Source: Anthoceros angustus (lineage: Eukaryota; Plantae; Anthocerotophyta). Taken from it: 64,000 bases of DNA. The DNA lies in contig VJWM01000205.1 in assembly GCA_010909165.1 (NCBI GenBank), positions 248,001 through 312,000 of the forward strand. Reading direction: 5' to 3'. A model generated the notes under the pieces. It did not search any database and was not told the DNA's origin. It saw only the letters and a list, made by a program, of their open reading frames with translations. This document shows positions 47,601-61,300 of the stretch, piece by piece; within the stretch, counting starts at the first letter, position 1; the number at the start of each line of letters is the position of its first letter. A program made the position numbers and the translations under genes.

Positions 47601-49165
47601 AGTATCTGTAACCAGAAAACCAAGTAACTTCTCACTAGTCTTTGGCAATTCAATAACTATGGCCTGGACTAGCACAAAGCAATCCCATATTGAAGGGCAG
47701 CAAGCAAGACCAGCCTCAAAGAACTTACGATTCAAAAATAGTGTTCAGGGCATGCGTCTGTGGCCCAACTAGCTCCCTCGCCTGGCCTGTTTTTACGTCT
47801 GCAACCCATAAACCCAACCGGGGTTCATAGACATCCCCCTGCAACGGCCCAAGACATCGTAGCTGCCCGTTCTTAAGACAGAAGGCACACCATTACATCT
47901 AACTCGAATCTGGAATGTGCAAGCCAAGTATGCTTCAGGTCAGGTGAATCGGCACCTGAGAAGTTCCTCGGATTGTGAATGCAAAATGCAGTCCATCCGG
48001 AGACCTGGCCAGCAACAAGGAACACAACATCCAGGGCTTGGTTCCTTATCAGCAGAGTATGCCCATTATCACTGCTAAGCTGGCAATGGAGGTAATAGAT
48101 GCAACTGCAGGGAATAAGGTGCACATGAACTACGTTACCAGGTTACATGGTTTATTTTGCCATCTGGTGGGTATCCGACAACCACCCTCTCCGGCCCCAA
48201 GGATCCGTCATCCAGCAGCTTCTGAATTTTTATCCCCGAGTAAAATGACCTGGACGTAAACCTCATCACAAGTCAGACTCAAGGATAGCCAGCTAAGGAT
48301 AGTACAAAACCAGTCTGCTGGACACACCAGCACATCAGGACCCATGCTAATTCTCAGGTAACATACGGGAAGATAAGTCTCACAAGTCCATGGTACGTGA
48401 CAACTTACATCCTACTACGGGCATTAGACTCCGGGTCAATGCGGAGGCCCGCAAGCTTGAGTTCAGGCTTTGAAATCTCTGACAGAGGTGGCAAGGACCT
48501 CCGGCCCAAGAACATGATCTCATCCTTGTTGGGCGAAAACGACAAAGCGGGAACAGGTGGTGCATCAACTATGTCTCGTAACTCCGGAGGTGGAAGACGA
48601 TATCCACTTTCTGTCACACAGTACACCACAAGGAAACTGTCAGAACATGCACTGGATGCAGCCGGCCATTTCGGGGCACTCAATGACATAAGCAAAACAT
48701 CAGTTCTCCAAAGCGTCCCACACAGGACTCCCAGCTCCACACTATCTATCTAGCAGACCCACCAAACAAACCAATTCCATTTTCGATCGCCACCCATAGT
48801 CATGGCAACGCTGCTGAATTAGCTAAACCCAAAAAAGAGAGCACACACGCACCATCATCCGCAGTGGAGGCGGCATTGGACGACGCCAAACCCGCTCCAT
48901 TGGCACTCTCAGCTCGAGCCAAGCCAGGGATAGGAGCGCGCGCCAGAGACCGGGAGTGCATCATCGACCCTGCCCGCAAAAGATCGAGGCTCGGCTGGGT
49001 TACTTGCCCGAACCGGGAAGCCAGGAACGAATGCCCCTGGCGAAGAGGCAGCGGCAGATGGTCCAGCACCTGCCCGGTCCGCAACCACGCACGGGCCGCC
49101 GCAGACGGCAGCGGCTGCGAGGAGCAAGAGCGCAGCGATAGACTGGAGAGCTTGCTGGTTCTCAT
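44626..49165 (-). CDS. CGEP: Chloroplast glutamyl endopeptidase (peptidase S9D), multi-exon, with transit-peptide-like first exon
   Basis: GYRLPPPELRDIVDAPPVPALSFSP, IAVGGHSYGAFMTANLLAHAP, LLIHGDEDNNSGTLTMQ|SERFFSALKGHG...LPLESHSY. Confidence 0.93.
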
Positions 49166-49619
49166 AGCGTGTTAAGCTCCCCCTCCCACTGTTCCCTTGC
49201 ACACGCACAAAGGGAGGCCGCCCAGAACAGAAGAGCGCGAGACGATACTCAAGGCCCCACCAGCCACTCAAAACCTTCCAGGCTCGATGCAGAATCGTAG
49301 CAAGCACGAATGTTTGTGCATTCTACGTTGGCAACTGTTCACAATCGCCCACTCCACACGGGCGTCCTGGAGAAAGGCACGATGCCAAGTATGAAGCAGC
49401 AGCAGGCATACACTCAACTGTGCCCGCATTGGTCCATCTTCTTTTACCCGGCAAAGGAAATGCAACTACGAGCCAAGAAGCTCAGGGTAAAGTGCATCGC
49501 CCAGTTTCCCTCCACTGGATAAGATCCATTGCAGCCATTGCTGACCGCCTCCCTCTTGGACGACAAACCAGCGGCTCCCTTCTCATTCCGCTGCCCAGTT
49601 TTGCTAAACACACTCCCTG

Positions 49620-50290
49620 TAGGGTCTATGTATAAGTTAAGGCTTAATCTAATATTACTTGTATTTATAAAATTTAAATAAAAATAAATATTCATCATCT
49701 TCCTTCTTGGTTGGCTTTGTTTGATAACTCATATCAAGCTTTGTTCTTTCGGTTTAGTATTTTTAGTCCTATTTTCCTACTGTGTTTGCATATTGATGAG
49801 TTCTAATGCATCTCATTTATCCTCTTTCTGTATTTAGGCCAGCTTATATATAATACACCTAACCTTTAGAAGAAAGAGAATAAGAAGAAGAAATTATAAG
49901 GTTGTATCTTTAGAGGTTATATTTTTAAGGATTTTTCTTCCATACTGCTTTGGTGGTGCAGATGGGATTATCTATCTCTTTATATTACATAAGATTTATC
50001 CACTAAGAATATTTAACTATACCTATCTATCACTTTAAAAGAAAGCTATAACCTACATAGCTTTAGTATTCCGTCCATGAAACATAGCTCTCTACTTCCT
50101 TAAGAGCTTTCAAAGAAGACTATATCTTAAATAATTTAAAATATTTAATTATTTATATAAATAACTTATAGCAATCTGATTATTTGTATATATTTTGTAG
50201 CTGCTATATATGACCTACAAATGTCATCCATATACAGAACAATCGAGTTATATTATTTTTAATGTGAATACGAGTCTAGAATTTGATGCA
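49620..50290. other. Very AT-rich insert between the divergent CGEP and KAS I genes, probably a non-autonomous transposon remnant
   Basis: Abrupt GC drop relative to both flanks; no ORF. Termini not identified. Confidence 0.4.
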
Positions 50291-50580
50291 AATGTATTGT
50301 ACTGCATTGTGAAGGCAATGTGGCTGGATGGAAGCGACTGTGGTGGAAACGACGTGATAAAAACGATGGGAGGGGGGAGAATTGCAGGAGAGTAGGCGGA
50401 AGATCCAACCTGCCTGCTTCGGCATCATCACGCGAGCTGCATGGCAGCGGCAGGGTTTTAGTTCTGCCGTAGCCAGCCTGCGTCCTGTAATCTCACCCGC
50501 CCTCACCGAGTAGGCCACTTGAAGGTGCAGTAGCAGTCCCATTCTGCTTTTGCTCTTGCTGGTGACCAGCGAGCTCCGAG

Positions 50581-52836
50581 ATGGCTGCGGCCAGCTGCAC
50601 TGGCGTCGCTGTGGCAGCCTCGGTTGCCGGAGTCGGGGCTTCCTCCTCCTCGTCCCGTGGCGCTCGCAGGGACCGTTCCCTTGTGCGCTTCCAGGGACTA
50701 AGGGCGGGGGAAGCTGCTGGCTCGGATGTGGCGCTGCTTAAGGCTCTGAATGCCGGGGGTGGCCGGAGAGGGAGGTCAGGTGAGCTGCTCGCCGTGCATG
50801 CACTTCTTTCGGAGGCTGAATTTGACTGTTGGAGTGGTTTTCGGCTGGCTGGAGGTCACAGCTGCATTTGCGTTGTGGTTTGGTGACAGAATGCCGTACG
50901 GGAGGAGCTGTGGTCGTGGCTGCCGCTGTCTCTGCGCCGAAGAGGGAGACGGACCCCAAGAAGAGAGTGGTGATCACTGGCATGGGCGTCGTGTCTGTGT
51001 TTGGAAATGATGTGGACACCTTCTACGATAAGCTGCTTGAAGGCGAGAGCGGAATCAGCATCATCGATCGGTTTGATGTGTCCAAATTCCCGACTAAATT
51101 TGGGGGACAGATCCGGAACTTCTCGTCCAAGGGGTACATTGATGGGAAGAACGACCGGCGCCTTGACGACTGCATAAGATATGCCCTAGTCAGTGGGAAG
51201 AAGGCCTTGGAGCATGCAAATTTGGGTGGAGACTTGATCGATCAGGTAGGGGTGTTGCATGCCTGCTGGATGTGTGGTTTTGCGAGGTTGTAATTGTGCA
51301 TCTGCTTGCTTGTCTCTTTTTGTGAGAAAGATCTAAATATCCGGGACCACTTCTGATGTTGTGGACGTGTTTTCCTGGACTTCTTCTTCTGCAGGTGGAC
51401 AAGAAAAAAACTGGCGTGCTCATAGGCACAGGCATGGGCGGGCTTAGTGTCTTCTCTGATGGAGTTAAGGCACTTATTGAGCAGGGGCACCAGCGAATTA
51501 CTCCCTTCTTCATTCCTTACGCTATCACCAACATGGCTTCTGCTATGCTGGCCATTCAGCTCGGGCTCATGGGCCCAAATTACTCCATCTCCACAGCATG
51601 TGCAACGGCCAATTATTGTTTCTACGCAGCTGCTAACCACATCCGCAGAGGTGAGGCGGACGTCATGATCGCTGGAGGAACGGAGGCAGCAATCATTCCG
51701 GTGGGTCTGGGAGGGTTTATTGCTTGCAGGGCTCTTTCGCAACGAAATGACGAACCGCAGAAGGCCTCTCGGCCTTGGGATAAGGATCGGGAAGGCTTTG
51801 TGATGGGAGAGGGTGCTGGTGTTTTGGTATATCGCACATCCTTAACCTCAATATTGTTGCAAGACTGTGTGATCTCCGTTTTTTCTGGTCTGTAAGGTTT
51901 CCTGCACACGTTATGGTACAGATCATGGAAAGCTTGGAGCATGCCCTGGCTCGAGGAGCACCTATTATTGCGGAATACCTAGGTGGCGCTGTTACTTGTG
52001 ATGCGTATCACATGACTGACCCTCGCGCTGACGGGCTTGGAGTATCCACATGCATTGAGAAAAGTCTGGAGGATTCAGGTGTTTCGCCCGAAGAGGTATC
52101 AAAAGCTGCTCCATGTGCCTTCTGTTCCTTGCCTGTGTGCTGCATGCTAAGGAGTTCGCACTGCTCTTCGTGTTATTTTGGTCAGGTGAATTACATCAAT
52201 GCGCATGCAACTTCCACCATTGCGGGTGACTTGGCAGAGGTAAACGCAGTGAAGAAAGTTTTTAAGGACGGCTCAGAAATCAAGATGAATGGGACCAAGG
52301 TATATAACTTCTGATGTTGGTTCCATGTGTGTAAATGCTTTGTATGCCAAGGGTTTAAGGTCATTTTGATGTCTGCAGTCTATGATTGGTCACTGTCTTG
52401 GTGCGGCTGGAGGACTGGAGGCTATTGCAACTATCAAAGCTATCACAACTGGATGGGTGCACCCAACTATCAACCAATTTGTGAGTTTGAGGCGGACACT
52501 GTACCTTTGCTCAACCATGTGTTGTTTGCAATACTATTTTCGCTTACTGCATGGGCCCTTCAGTTGTAGAGGCGGGCGTTCTAACCTGCTGGTTTGCGTC
52601 GTCTGTTTTGAACAGAACCGGGAGCCAGAAGTCACGTTTGACACAGTCCCAAATGTTAAGAAGCAACACGAAATACACGTTGGTAAGTTCAAGTAGTCGT
52701 CGTCTTGTGCAGGGGACAAGTTTGTGTTTGTGTCGCCTGGAATTCACTGCTGTTTTGTGTGCGTGCAGGCATCTCGAACTCTTTTGGATTTGGAGGCCAC
52801 AACTCGTGCGTGGTTTTTGCGCCATACAAGCCCTAA
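50581..52836 (+). CDS. KAS1: Plastid beta-ketoacyl-ACP synthase I, multi-exon
   Basis: ETDPKKRVVITGMG, GPNYSISTACATAN, VNYINAHATST, SMIGHCLGAAGGLEA, SNSFGFGGHNS; transit peptide at the N-terminus. Confidence 0.96.
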
Positions 52837-53422
52837 AGAGTGTGAATTCGCAATTCAAACTTCCGGCTACATTTTTTCCTGACGCATTTTTGCAAGTTTA
52901 CTCAGTCGAAAAGCTCTGGTTACATCAGCTGGATAGCTCGATGTGGAGCTTCGTAGTTCTGAAGCTTTCTGGATAGGATCTTCAAAGCTCGCGCATCGAT
53001 GGTTTCAGGAGCAACTGAATTTTGCACCAAAGATTGTAGGCTGGTGGATAGGCATCCGGGATCTGACCATTCTCAGAGCTGAGGCAGAGGATTCTCAATT
53101 TCTGTGAACATCAATTCTTTTTTCATTGCCAACCCCGATGCGAGCTTGACATTCGAGCTCACTAGCCGAGACAGCTTGTTGTGCCAAAATTGAGTGGCTT
53201 GTGTGCTGTGTCGGACTGTCCTCCTGCATGCTTCCTGAGCCTGCAAACAAGCCACATGTGGAGGTGAAAACTCGTGAAACTTGGTAATAAGCTTAACAGA
53301 GTGGCGTGGGTGCCAGACATTTCCACTCTGTTTGCGGCATTTCGTGAACTCTGTGCTGTGTGTCCGTTGGGTGCATTCCCAGCAGGTCCGTTCCCTCCCC
53401 TGGTCTGCTGTCTGGACAGTGC

Positions 53423-55523
53423 ATGATGGCAGCAAAGCCAGAGCTGGTGAACCTGACTGTGGATGAATGGCTGTCCTGCTGCGGGAGCACGCAATTTGCG
53501 GCTGAAGTTGCAAAATTAGGACCTTTCGATGGCCTCGATCAGGCAATCGAGGCTTCACGGACAATCTGGTGGAGCAAGGTACCATCTCATCCTCCCTGTC
53601 TTCTCCTTCGTCTGGCCCCTGTGGCCAATTGATGCATACAATGTGGTTTCCTGACTTTATGCGACTTGCGTCTAGGTTGACATTCTGGGATGGCTGGAAG
53701 CGTTTGCAGCGCACCCTCGGATTGGCGATGTCGATGCGCTTCGCAGAAAGTTTGCCTCTGAGTGCGTATTTCCTTGCCACTAAAGGTCAGGGAGATAGAA
53801 ATCAAGTGAGGGACTGATAAGGATGTCGTGCGCGGTACCGGGTAGCTGTGTAGAATTGGTGTTCAGTAATGTGAACGAAGATGCTTGCCAGTGCTTGATA
53901 GCTGCAATGGAACAGGGTATATGCGGAAGAGCAATCGGAAGCCCTGGGAACTGCCAGTGACCAGATTTTGAAGGTTTTATCTGCTAGCCTTGTGATTGTG
54001 GTCACTTCGGGGTTGCTTTTTAAGTGTGGAAAGGTAGGTAATTGAGCTCACTGTCTGCCTGCGTGCGTAGGATTTGGCAGAGTGGAACCGGCAGTACGAA
54101 AGGAAGTTCGGGTTCATCTTCCTTATATCTGCGAACGGGAAGAGCAGTTCTGAGATTTTAGCAGTTTTGAAGGTAGATAAATCTACTCCTTTTCAATATA
54201 GCTTGACATACTGTCTGGGTGAAAAGCGGAAGAGGCGCTGCCATCATTTGCTGAGGGTCCTTTTGTATAACAGTTGCAGATACATCAAGACTGTTCTGCT
54301 TGTTGCGTCTGACAGACAGACTGCTATCCACGGTAGCATATGAATATGTTTTTGTCCCGATGAACTTACTCTTTGCAACTTGTACATCCAGTCTCGCTTT
54401 ACCAACAGACCGATCATCGAATTTCAAGTGGCAGCAGCAGAACAGCAGAAGATAACAGAGCTTCGCCTCGTCAAGAAGCTTGAGGGCTCGGCCCAGAAGC
54501 ATCCTGAAGTCCCAAATTTGGACCACGTTACCAGTTCAGGCCCTCCAACTGGTGCTTCTACAGACGATTCAGCTCCGGGAGATGGTAATGACTCAGTTCT
54601 TGTTTCCAAGTTGAGTTTGGTCTGTGGTGTCGGATGTGGTTTGCAGTGAGCCCGTAAATGGAAGTACAGACTCTGGTGGTTGAGCTTAAGTTGCTGTTGC
54701 TATCCTTCAATGCGCAGGATCTTAGTGCATATTCCCATTCTGATTTGATTTTTCAGGCTCCCGACTTTCGTGTGAAACAATTGTGAATAAGAACCCCAGA
54801 AGTTTGTGGAAAGGTGGGTATTGAGCTTTCTGAGAAACAACTTGGGCGTCCGATTGAGTCTTAAACTTGTAGCTTCCCCTGTATCTCTCGAGTTCATGAA
54901 GGTTGTGAGGTCCTGTGTTAGACCTTAATAGATGCAACCCAGTAGGTTCAGTTGAAGTTCTTTGAGCAGTTTACTGATCATGGTGTTCCACAGGTAAGGA
55001 CCCAGTGCATCGAAGACTGACGCAAATAGAGGCACACATCACTGGATCAGGGATCGACAAGGGCAAGCAAGCTCCTGTTGCAAGCCCAGAGCAAGCTCCA
55101 ACAGTCACGCGGACCCGCCCTCCCATCACAACTCATGTCTTGGATGTTTCACTTGGAAGACCAGGTTCGGGCATTGATGTAACACTGGACTGGTGGAAGG
55201 AGAAACCGGCAACAGTAATTCACAGCTCGAAGGACTCGGACAAGGGAGAGTGGACGACTCTGGGCACCTCTGTCACAGATAATGATGGCCGATCTGGCCC
55301 CTTGATGCCCCTGTCCAACACTATTCCTGCTGGGAGATACAGGCTCACGTTTCACACCGAGCAATACTTCCTCAGACTAGCTGGTGCAAGGCCTGAAGGA
55401 TCAAAGCCATTCTATCCCTTCGTTTCAGTTGTGTTTCAAGTCACTCCCGCTCAAGCAGCTGAGCACTTCCATGTGCCTGTTCTCTTGTCTCCTTATGCGT
55501 ATAGCACATACAGGGGTAGCTGA
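53423..55523 (+). CDS. TTL: Transthyretin-like S-allantoin synthase (OHCU decarboxylase plus HIU hydrolase), multi-exon, with internal PTS2-like signal
   Basis: EWLSCCGS, WLEAFAAHPRIG, LAEWNRQYERKFGFIFLI, PPITTHVLDVS, TDNDGRSG, C-terminal HFHVPVLLSPYAYSTYRGS. Confidence 0.96.
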
Positions 55524-56061
55524 TGAGGCAGTTTGTGTTGGAGCAGAAACAGGTCGGTGGAATCACGATAGTATGTTCTTTGCGACTGTATATAGTAAAC
55601 TCTCTCCCCGTGTTTTTATGCGTCAAACAAGATGACCATGAAAGCAATGAGCCAAAGGTTATGCTTCCTAGCCTGCCTAGTTGTAGGTGTGGTGCGTTCA
55701 TCGGAATTCCCATCCGGTTGGGTTACTGGCAAAGCCAACAATTACCTGACCACAACCAAGCTCTCGCTGGTCGTTCTACTCAAAGCTATATATGGCCTCG
55801 TCCTTTTTGAATATGGAACACGAAGGTTAAAATATTTATCTTGAGTTTTGGGTGATAAAGGTTGAAATATATTATTTCACCACGGGAGGTGGGGTGAACA
55901 GCTAGTGGCGTATCCTGCTTTAGGTGCACGCCTCGGGCAACTTGGATACATATCTAGCCGCCGAGCCCGAGGAATGAATCACTGCGGCGAGGCAAGCCTT
56001 GCTTCAGGCAGTGACTTGCGGCCGACAGGAGAATTGAGCTGCTCCGTACAGTGACACAAGG

Positions 56062-56943
56062 ATGTTGCAGCAGGTACAGGCTCAGGTTCCATCAAGCTTG
56101 CAAGTTCTGAGGAGCGTGAGGAAACGGCATCCTGTTCCTGCGACGCTGCTTTCCATCTTCATGTCAGCGGCGCTTCTCTGCTTGTTGTTCGCTTCTTTGA
56201 ACAGCGCGAAGCTGATTGCAGTGAGCTTGCTGAGTCCAGATGTTGGGCTCAGCGGACAGAATCCGGTCCCCGAGGACGTCGCCCGGGCGCTTCTGCACTT
56301 CGCAACCACGTCGGAGGTTCCGCAGCAATCCAAGGAGGAGGTAGGAGCGGTGATGGGAGCGCTGTTGCGGAGAACGCCCAGCAATTTCCTGGTTTTCGGA
56401 TTGTGGCACGACAGCCTGCTGTGGGCGACGTTCAACTACGGCGGGAGGACGGTGTTTCTGGATGAGAGCCAGGAGTGGATAGATCGGACGAGGGAGCGCC
56501 ATCCGCAGCTGGAGACGTACAAGGTGGACTACAGCACCAGTTTGGGGGATTCGGACAGCCTGTTGGAAATAGCTCGGGACAGGCGCAGGGAGGAATGCCG
56601 GCCCCACCAGCCCATCCAGGCGTCCTCCTGCCCTTTAGCGCTGTCCAGGGAGCTGCCGGAGGAGCTGCTCACGGTGCAGTGGGACGTCATTCTTATTGAC
56701 GGCCCTCGTAGCTACCGGAATTCGTCGTTTCCAGGTCGGATGAGCCCCATCTTCACCTCCTCCGTGATGGCTCGCACCCGGACGGCTCCTGGCCACCTTG
56801 ACATATTTCTTCACGATGTTTCCCGCCCTTCAGAGTTCGCATATGCCATGGAATTCCTGTGTGTCAGGAACTTGGTGAAGGCGGTAGGCGACTTGTGGCA
56901 CTTTCAAATCTACTCCAGTCCGGCAGAGGAGTTCTGTTCCTGA
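56062..56943 (+). CDS. DUF579 polysaccharide O-methyltransferase family protein (IRX15/GXM/AGM-like), intronless, with N-terminal TM anchor
   Basis: NFLVFGL.HDSLLW...N.GGRTVFLDE, WDVILIDGP...PGRM..IFT, FLHDV, EFLC, LWHF. Confidence 0.93.
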   Translation: MLQQVQAQVPSSLQVLRSVRKRHPVPATLLSIFMSAALLCLLFASLNSAKLIAVSLLSPDVGLSGQNPVPEDVARALLHFATTSEVPQQSKEEVGAVMGALLRRTPSNFLVFGLWHDSLLWATFNYGGRTVFLDESQEWIDRTRERHPQLETYKVDYSTSLGDSDSLLEIARDRRREECRPHQPIQASSCPLALSRELPEELLTVQWDVILIDGPRSYRNSSFPGRMSPIFTSSVMARTRTAPGHLDIFLHDVSRPSEFAYAMEFLCVRNLVKAVGDLWHFQIYSSPAEEFCS

Positions 56944-58364
56944 GCTCAGCACTGCTGAGTCTCCGCAGCTTGAGGTCCGATGAGCATATTGACCACTTGT
57001 GAGGGGAGCAAAGCTTCCCAAAGGCGGGCGTGCGGGAGACTTGATCCCAGGATGATCGATCGTTTCGAATTGAGACTTTGAGGTATGTTTTTTAGTTCCC
57101 AGGAAAAGATGTGGCCCAAAAAATAGAAGCTTTCTTTCGCTTCCTGCTCCACATCCACTGACCCAGAAAGCAAAAACAATGGATCACCACAGCACCATTG
57201 AACGTCAATCTGAACTTTCCCCCGTCGTATCTCTCGAGCGCGGTTAGAGAACGGCATACGCTTCTGTCCCATCTCTACGGTACGATACGGCAGCAAAAAG
57301 ATGCTGGTACGATGAGCTGACGTGGCGTAGGGACGGAACGCGTTTTGGAGATAGGTAGATGTAGGTGGGACGTGGTAGTGGTAGGTGTTGACCAGTGGTC
57401 ACTATGTATGTTTGCCTGAGCCCCTCCAAGTTTGTGAAGGCCATGTCCATCTCAACTTGGACAATTTTGAGTTTTTCCACTGATTACCGATGAAGATGCC
57501 ACACATTTCTGCAGAATTTTCTTCTCACCAGGTTGAAACCTTCGGAAGTTGCAAAATCTTAGCTCCCATTGCGGGCTGTATTTCGGATTGTGCATGGGTC
57601 GGATGAAGGCAAAGCACATACCATTGCAAAGCCTGTGAATGCACGAGGCAGGGCCCATTACTTGATACCGACAAGTGGACGGGAAAAATGAAAGAGTCCA
57701 CATTGTGAATTATCGGAAAAATAGGCCCGCACCACCTGGGTCATTCTGGAGTTCAGTTTCAGTATGGCTGCGTGCAGATGCAGATGCTAGGTAGTGTAGC
57801 TATCAAGAGGGAGGCATCCTCTCAGCATTGAGATACTTTTTGGAAGCCAATAGCATGGCTGCAAATTCGGCACGATTTGACGATGTGCTCTTTAGGTACA
57901 CCTATAATGTTCTCCTGTCGTTGCTGCTTACAAGAGATGGCCTACAGTGATGGCATTTGGACATGTCTTTCTTGAAAGTCCAGGGAGAAGCTATTTATGT
58001 GTGACAGTCAGCTGGCTCCAGGTGAGCCTGACACAAGGATGAATGCAGCACGTGTACTTGAACAAGGCATCTCTTCGATGCCCAGGACAAAGATATTGTT
58101 CAACTTGGCTTCAAGAGCCCCATGCTTCTCGACCAGGTTCATTGCATATGAAAGTCTCATACTCCGAATCGAGGGGGCTGTTTGCATCAGCTGAAGTTCT
58201 GGCACAGCAAGCTTCAGACCTAAGCACCTAATTAAGAAAGTCGAGAAACATGGTGTAGTGTGTCAGAACTCCAGGCGAACGACAAGCGGTGTCGGGGCTG
58301 CAACAGTGGTCGAAAACGTACCTCCGCGCTGAGCTGTTGTGAGTATACACACGTCGTCTGCATC

Positions 58365-61300
58365 CTACTTCACAGAATAACTTCGAGAGATTCCATGAGA
58401 AACAAAATCGTCTATTGGTGGATGGAGCAGATGATGGCCTGTTACGCTTTGATACGCCATACCCAGTGCCAAAACCTGCAGCCGGAAGATTCGCGTTTTG
58501 GTAATTAAAATCACACTCTCACAACACGTAGAACATGCATTTCCCGTAATGAACGAACCTCGCCATCTTTGAAGGGTGCGCCGTAAATCCCTGCGCTGAC
58601 GATTGTCCGTCTCTGGCTGCCTTCAGGAGGTGCGTCCGGAATGTTCTTCATTCCCGTGGGAAGAACCAGCACTGGCAATCCCACCAAGTTACTCACCGCA
58701 ATTTTCTCCCGGTCAGTCGCGTTCCCGATAATGGCATCAAACTCTGAAATCGATGCGAGCACTTCTTGAGACAGCAAGCCCCGAACTCTCTGAGCATGGA
58801 TGTAGTCCACGGCGGAAATCATGCGGGCACGGCGGGCTGCTACAGGCCAGTCTGCTTGGTCCTCGTACTCGTCATCGAGACCAGCTCTCTGCCAGTGGTC
58901 AAAATGGGAGAGCATGTCGGTCTCCATGATTAAACCAAGCAGTGCGGGAGCTGAGTCGACGCTGTAGGCGAGTTGCAAGGGAACCAGCTTCACTCGCTTG
59001 GCAGCCAGAATGTTCAGCAGCTACACACGCGCACAAGGCCATCCGTCAGATGCAATGCCAAGCAAATATGATGCTTAAGAATGATGCTTGTGGAACGAGA
59101 GGAAGAGATCCGCTGCTGCACCTCGACATCTGCATCCGCCAGGTAGCCGACAGTCAGCCTCGACACGTCGATACCAAAAGGGTCCTTCAGCTTGATATCC
59201 TTTGAGGAGTAGTCGTCTGGATCCTTTCCTCGTATCACGTCCAGAATGATGGCGCAGTCGCTAGCACTTCTACAAAATGGACCTACTTTGACCTGCACGA
59301 ATCAAGAGTCGACATCAGTAGGAAGACGCCTTCAGCATGCAAGATGAGTAGAGTGAGATCTTGTCGGAACTCCTACCAGGCTATCAGAGAGGCTCATTGT
59401 CCCTGATCGTCCGACCATGCCAAAAGTGGGCCTGAAGGCTGTTACTCCAGTGCGGGCTGCAGGGTATACGATTGATCCAGATGTCTCCGACCCGATTGCA
59501 AACGGAACCAGAGCTGCTCCAAGTACCGGAAAGGTAACAGCCGAGTGTCAGGGGAAGGAGTAGGTTTCCAAGGAGCTCACTCACAAACATCAACATCCGG
59601 GTAGTACCTGCGGAGGTGCCTGCAGCAGAGCCAGATGACGATCCTAGAGTAAATTCTGCTATGTTCCATGGATTCCTGGTTCGACCTCCAAACCAGATAT
59701 CGCCGGATGCTAGGGACCCACATGCTAGCTTCGCAATCAGAACTGCACCTGCCGCTTTCAATCTGCAATACAGAAGGTGAGCTGGTGCTCTTGATGACAA
59801 GGAATGAAAGAGCACGAGGAAATGGTGATGAAAGTACTTCTTATAAACCCAAGCTTCTTCATCGATGACTTGGTCTTTGAAGGAAGTCGAACCCCACGTC
59901 GTCTTGTAACCAGGAACAGCTATTGTATCCTTCAACCCATAAGGGATTCCGTGTAGAGGACCTACACAGCAAAAGTTGATGGCAAGCTAGTTGTAGCGTC
60001 TTATACACTTATGAAATGAAGATTGTACTAGAACGTGCCACACCTTGGTATTTTCCATGCTTGATTAAGTCATCGGCTGCATCGGCTTGTTCTTGGGCAA
60101 GTGCTGTCGTGTATGTTATGACCACTTGTAAAGTTGCATCGTACCTTTGAAAAAATGCAATGTTCATTGAATCAAGTGAAGAACCCCTCTCCTGGCAAAC
60201 GACAACCAAGTCGAAGTCCACACCAAACACACCTTATGAGCCGTTCAGTGAAGACCTTCACCAACTCGGCAGATGTTACCTTCCGGTTCTTTACCAAGTA
60301 GGCCAGTTCTGAAACCTGTGACAGCCACACAAGAGAACCAGTTCATAAAATAGGACAGTTTGACGAGTAGCGATGCAAAGGAATCGAACACTACCTTCGA
60401 TGCTTTTCCAGAACTGTGACAAACTAAAATCTAGCATACAAGTTTTGCATGTACAGCTTACAGTCATAAAAGCAAGGTCCTCATCGCTCGCTGGCCGCTT
60501 CACCCCGTAGGTACCTGGGTACTTGAATTTGAGATCGGGGCTGGCGAAGGCCTTCGTGTTCAAACTGGGGTCAAAAGAGAGAACGGACGGGTTCTTCATG
60601 CCTCCATCAGGAAGTCCAACCAGGCTCCTGTGATATCGGTAAATAGGTATGTTCATCGATTGGACGTCCTCCGCCATTTTGCCTCTCTGCAAAGCTAAAA
60701 TGTAATCAGTGATCAGGAACAAAATAGAAAATCTGTATAGTGGGACACCACATTGTGTAGCATGGAAATGGTTATGACTTCAGAGTGGCTGTCCGTTACC
60801 TTTTGATCGTCAAAGACATCGAAGTCTCCCAGCTTAGAGGCTGCAAGAACTGCTGATGAGTTGAATGATACATCAGATGAGAGACCTGTTCTTTGGTTGA
60901 TACTTCCCAGCACGCTTCCATTGATAACGTGAATGACACCATTTGAAGCAAGAAAATAATCAACCACCTTCGCATCTCCAATATACAAGCTCGACAGTAA
61001 GTCGGTCACCTGGAGCAAAGGAAAAACAACTGAATCCATCCGGATGTGCCAGATTACGTCACAATCACAACATAGGAAAACTTAATGGAAGCTTGTTCTC
61101 ACCTGTATGACTATATCACCAAGAGATTGTAGTAGCTGCCCATCAGTCAGGTTCTCTGTCTGAAACATGCCCTTCACGACTGCTTAAAACACATTTGACA
61201 GCGTGTTAAGGACAAACACCTTGGATTGACAGCCATGCACCAGAATAAAAGTCAATACAGACGACAGAGTACCGCAGAAACTTTAGAAACCATGCCATCT

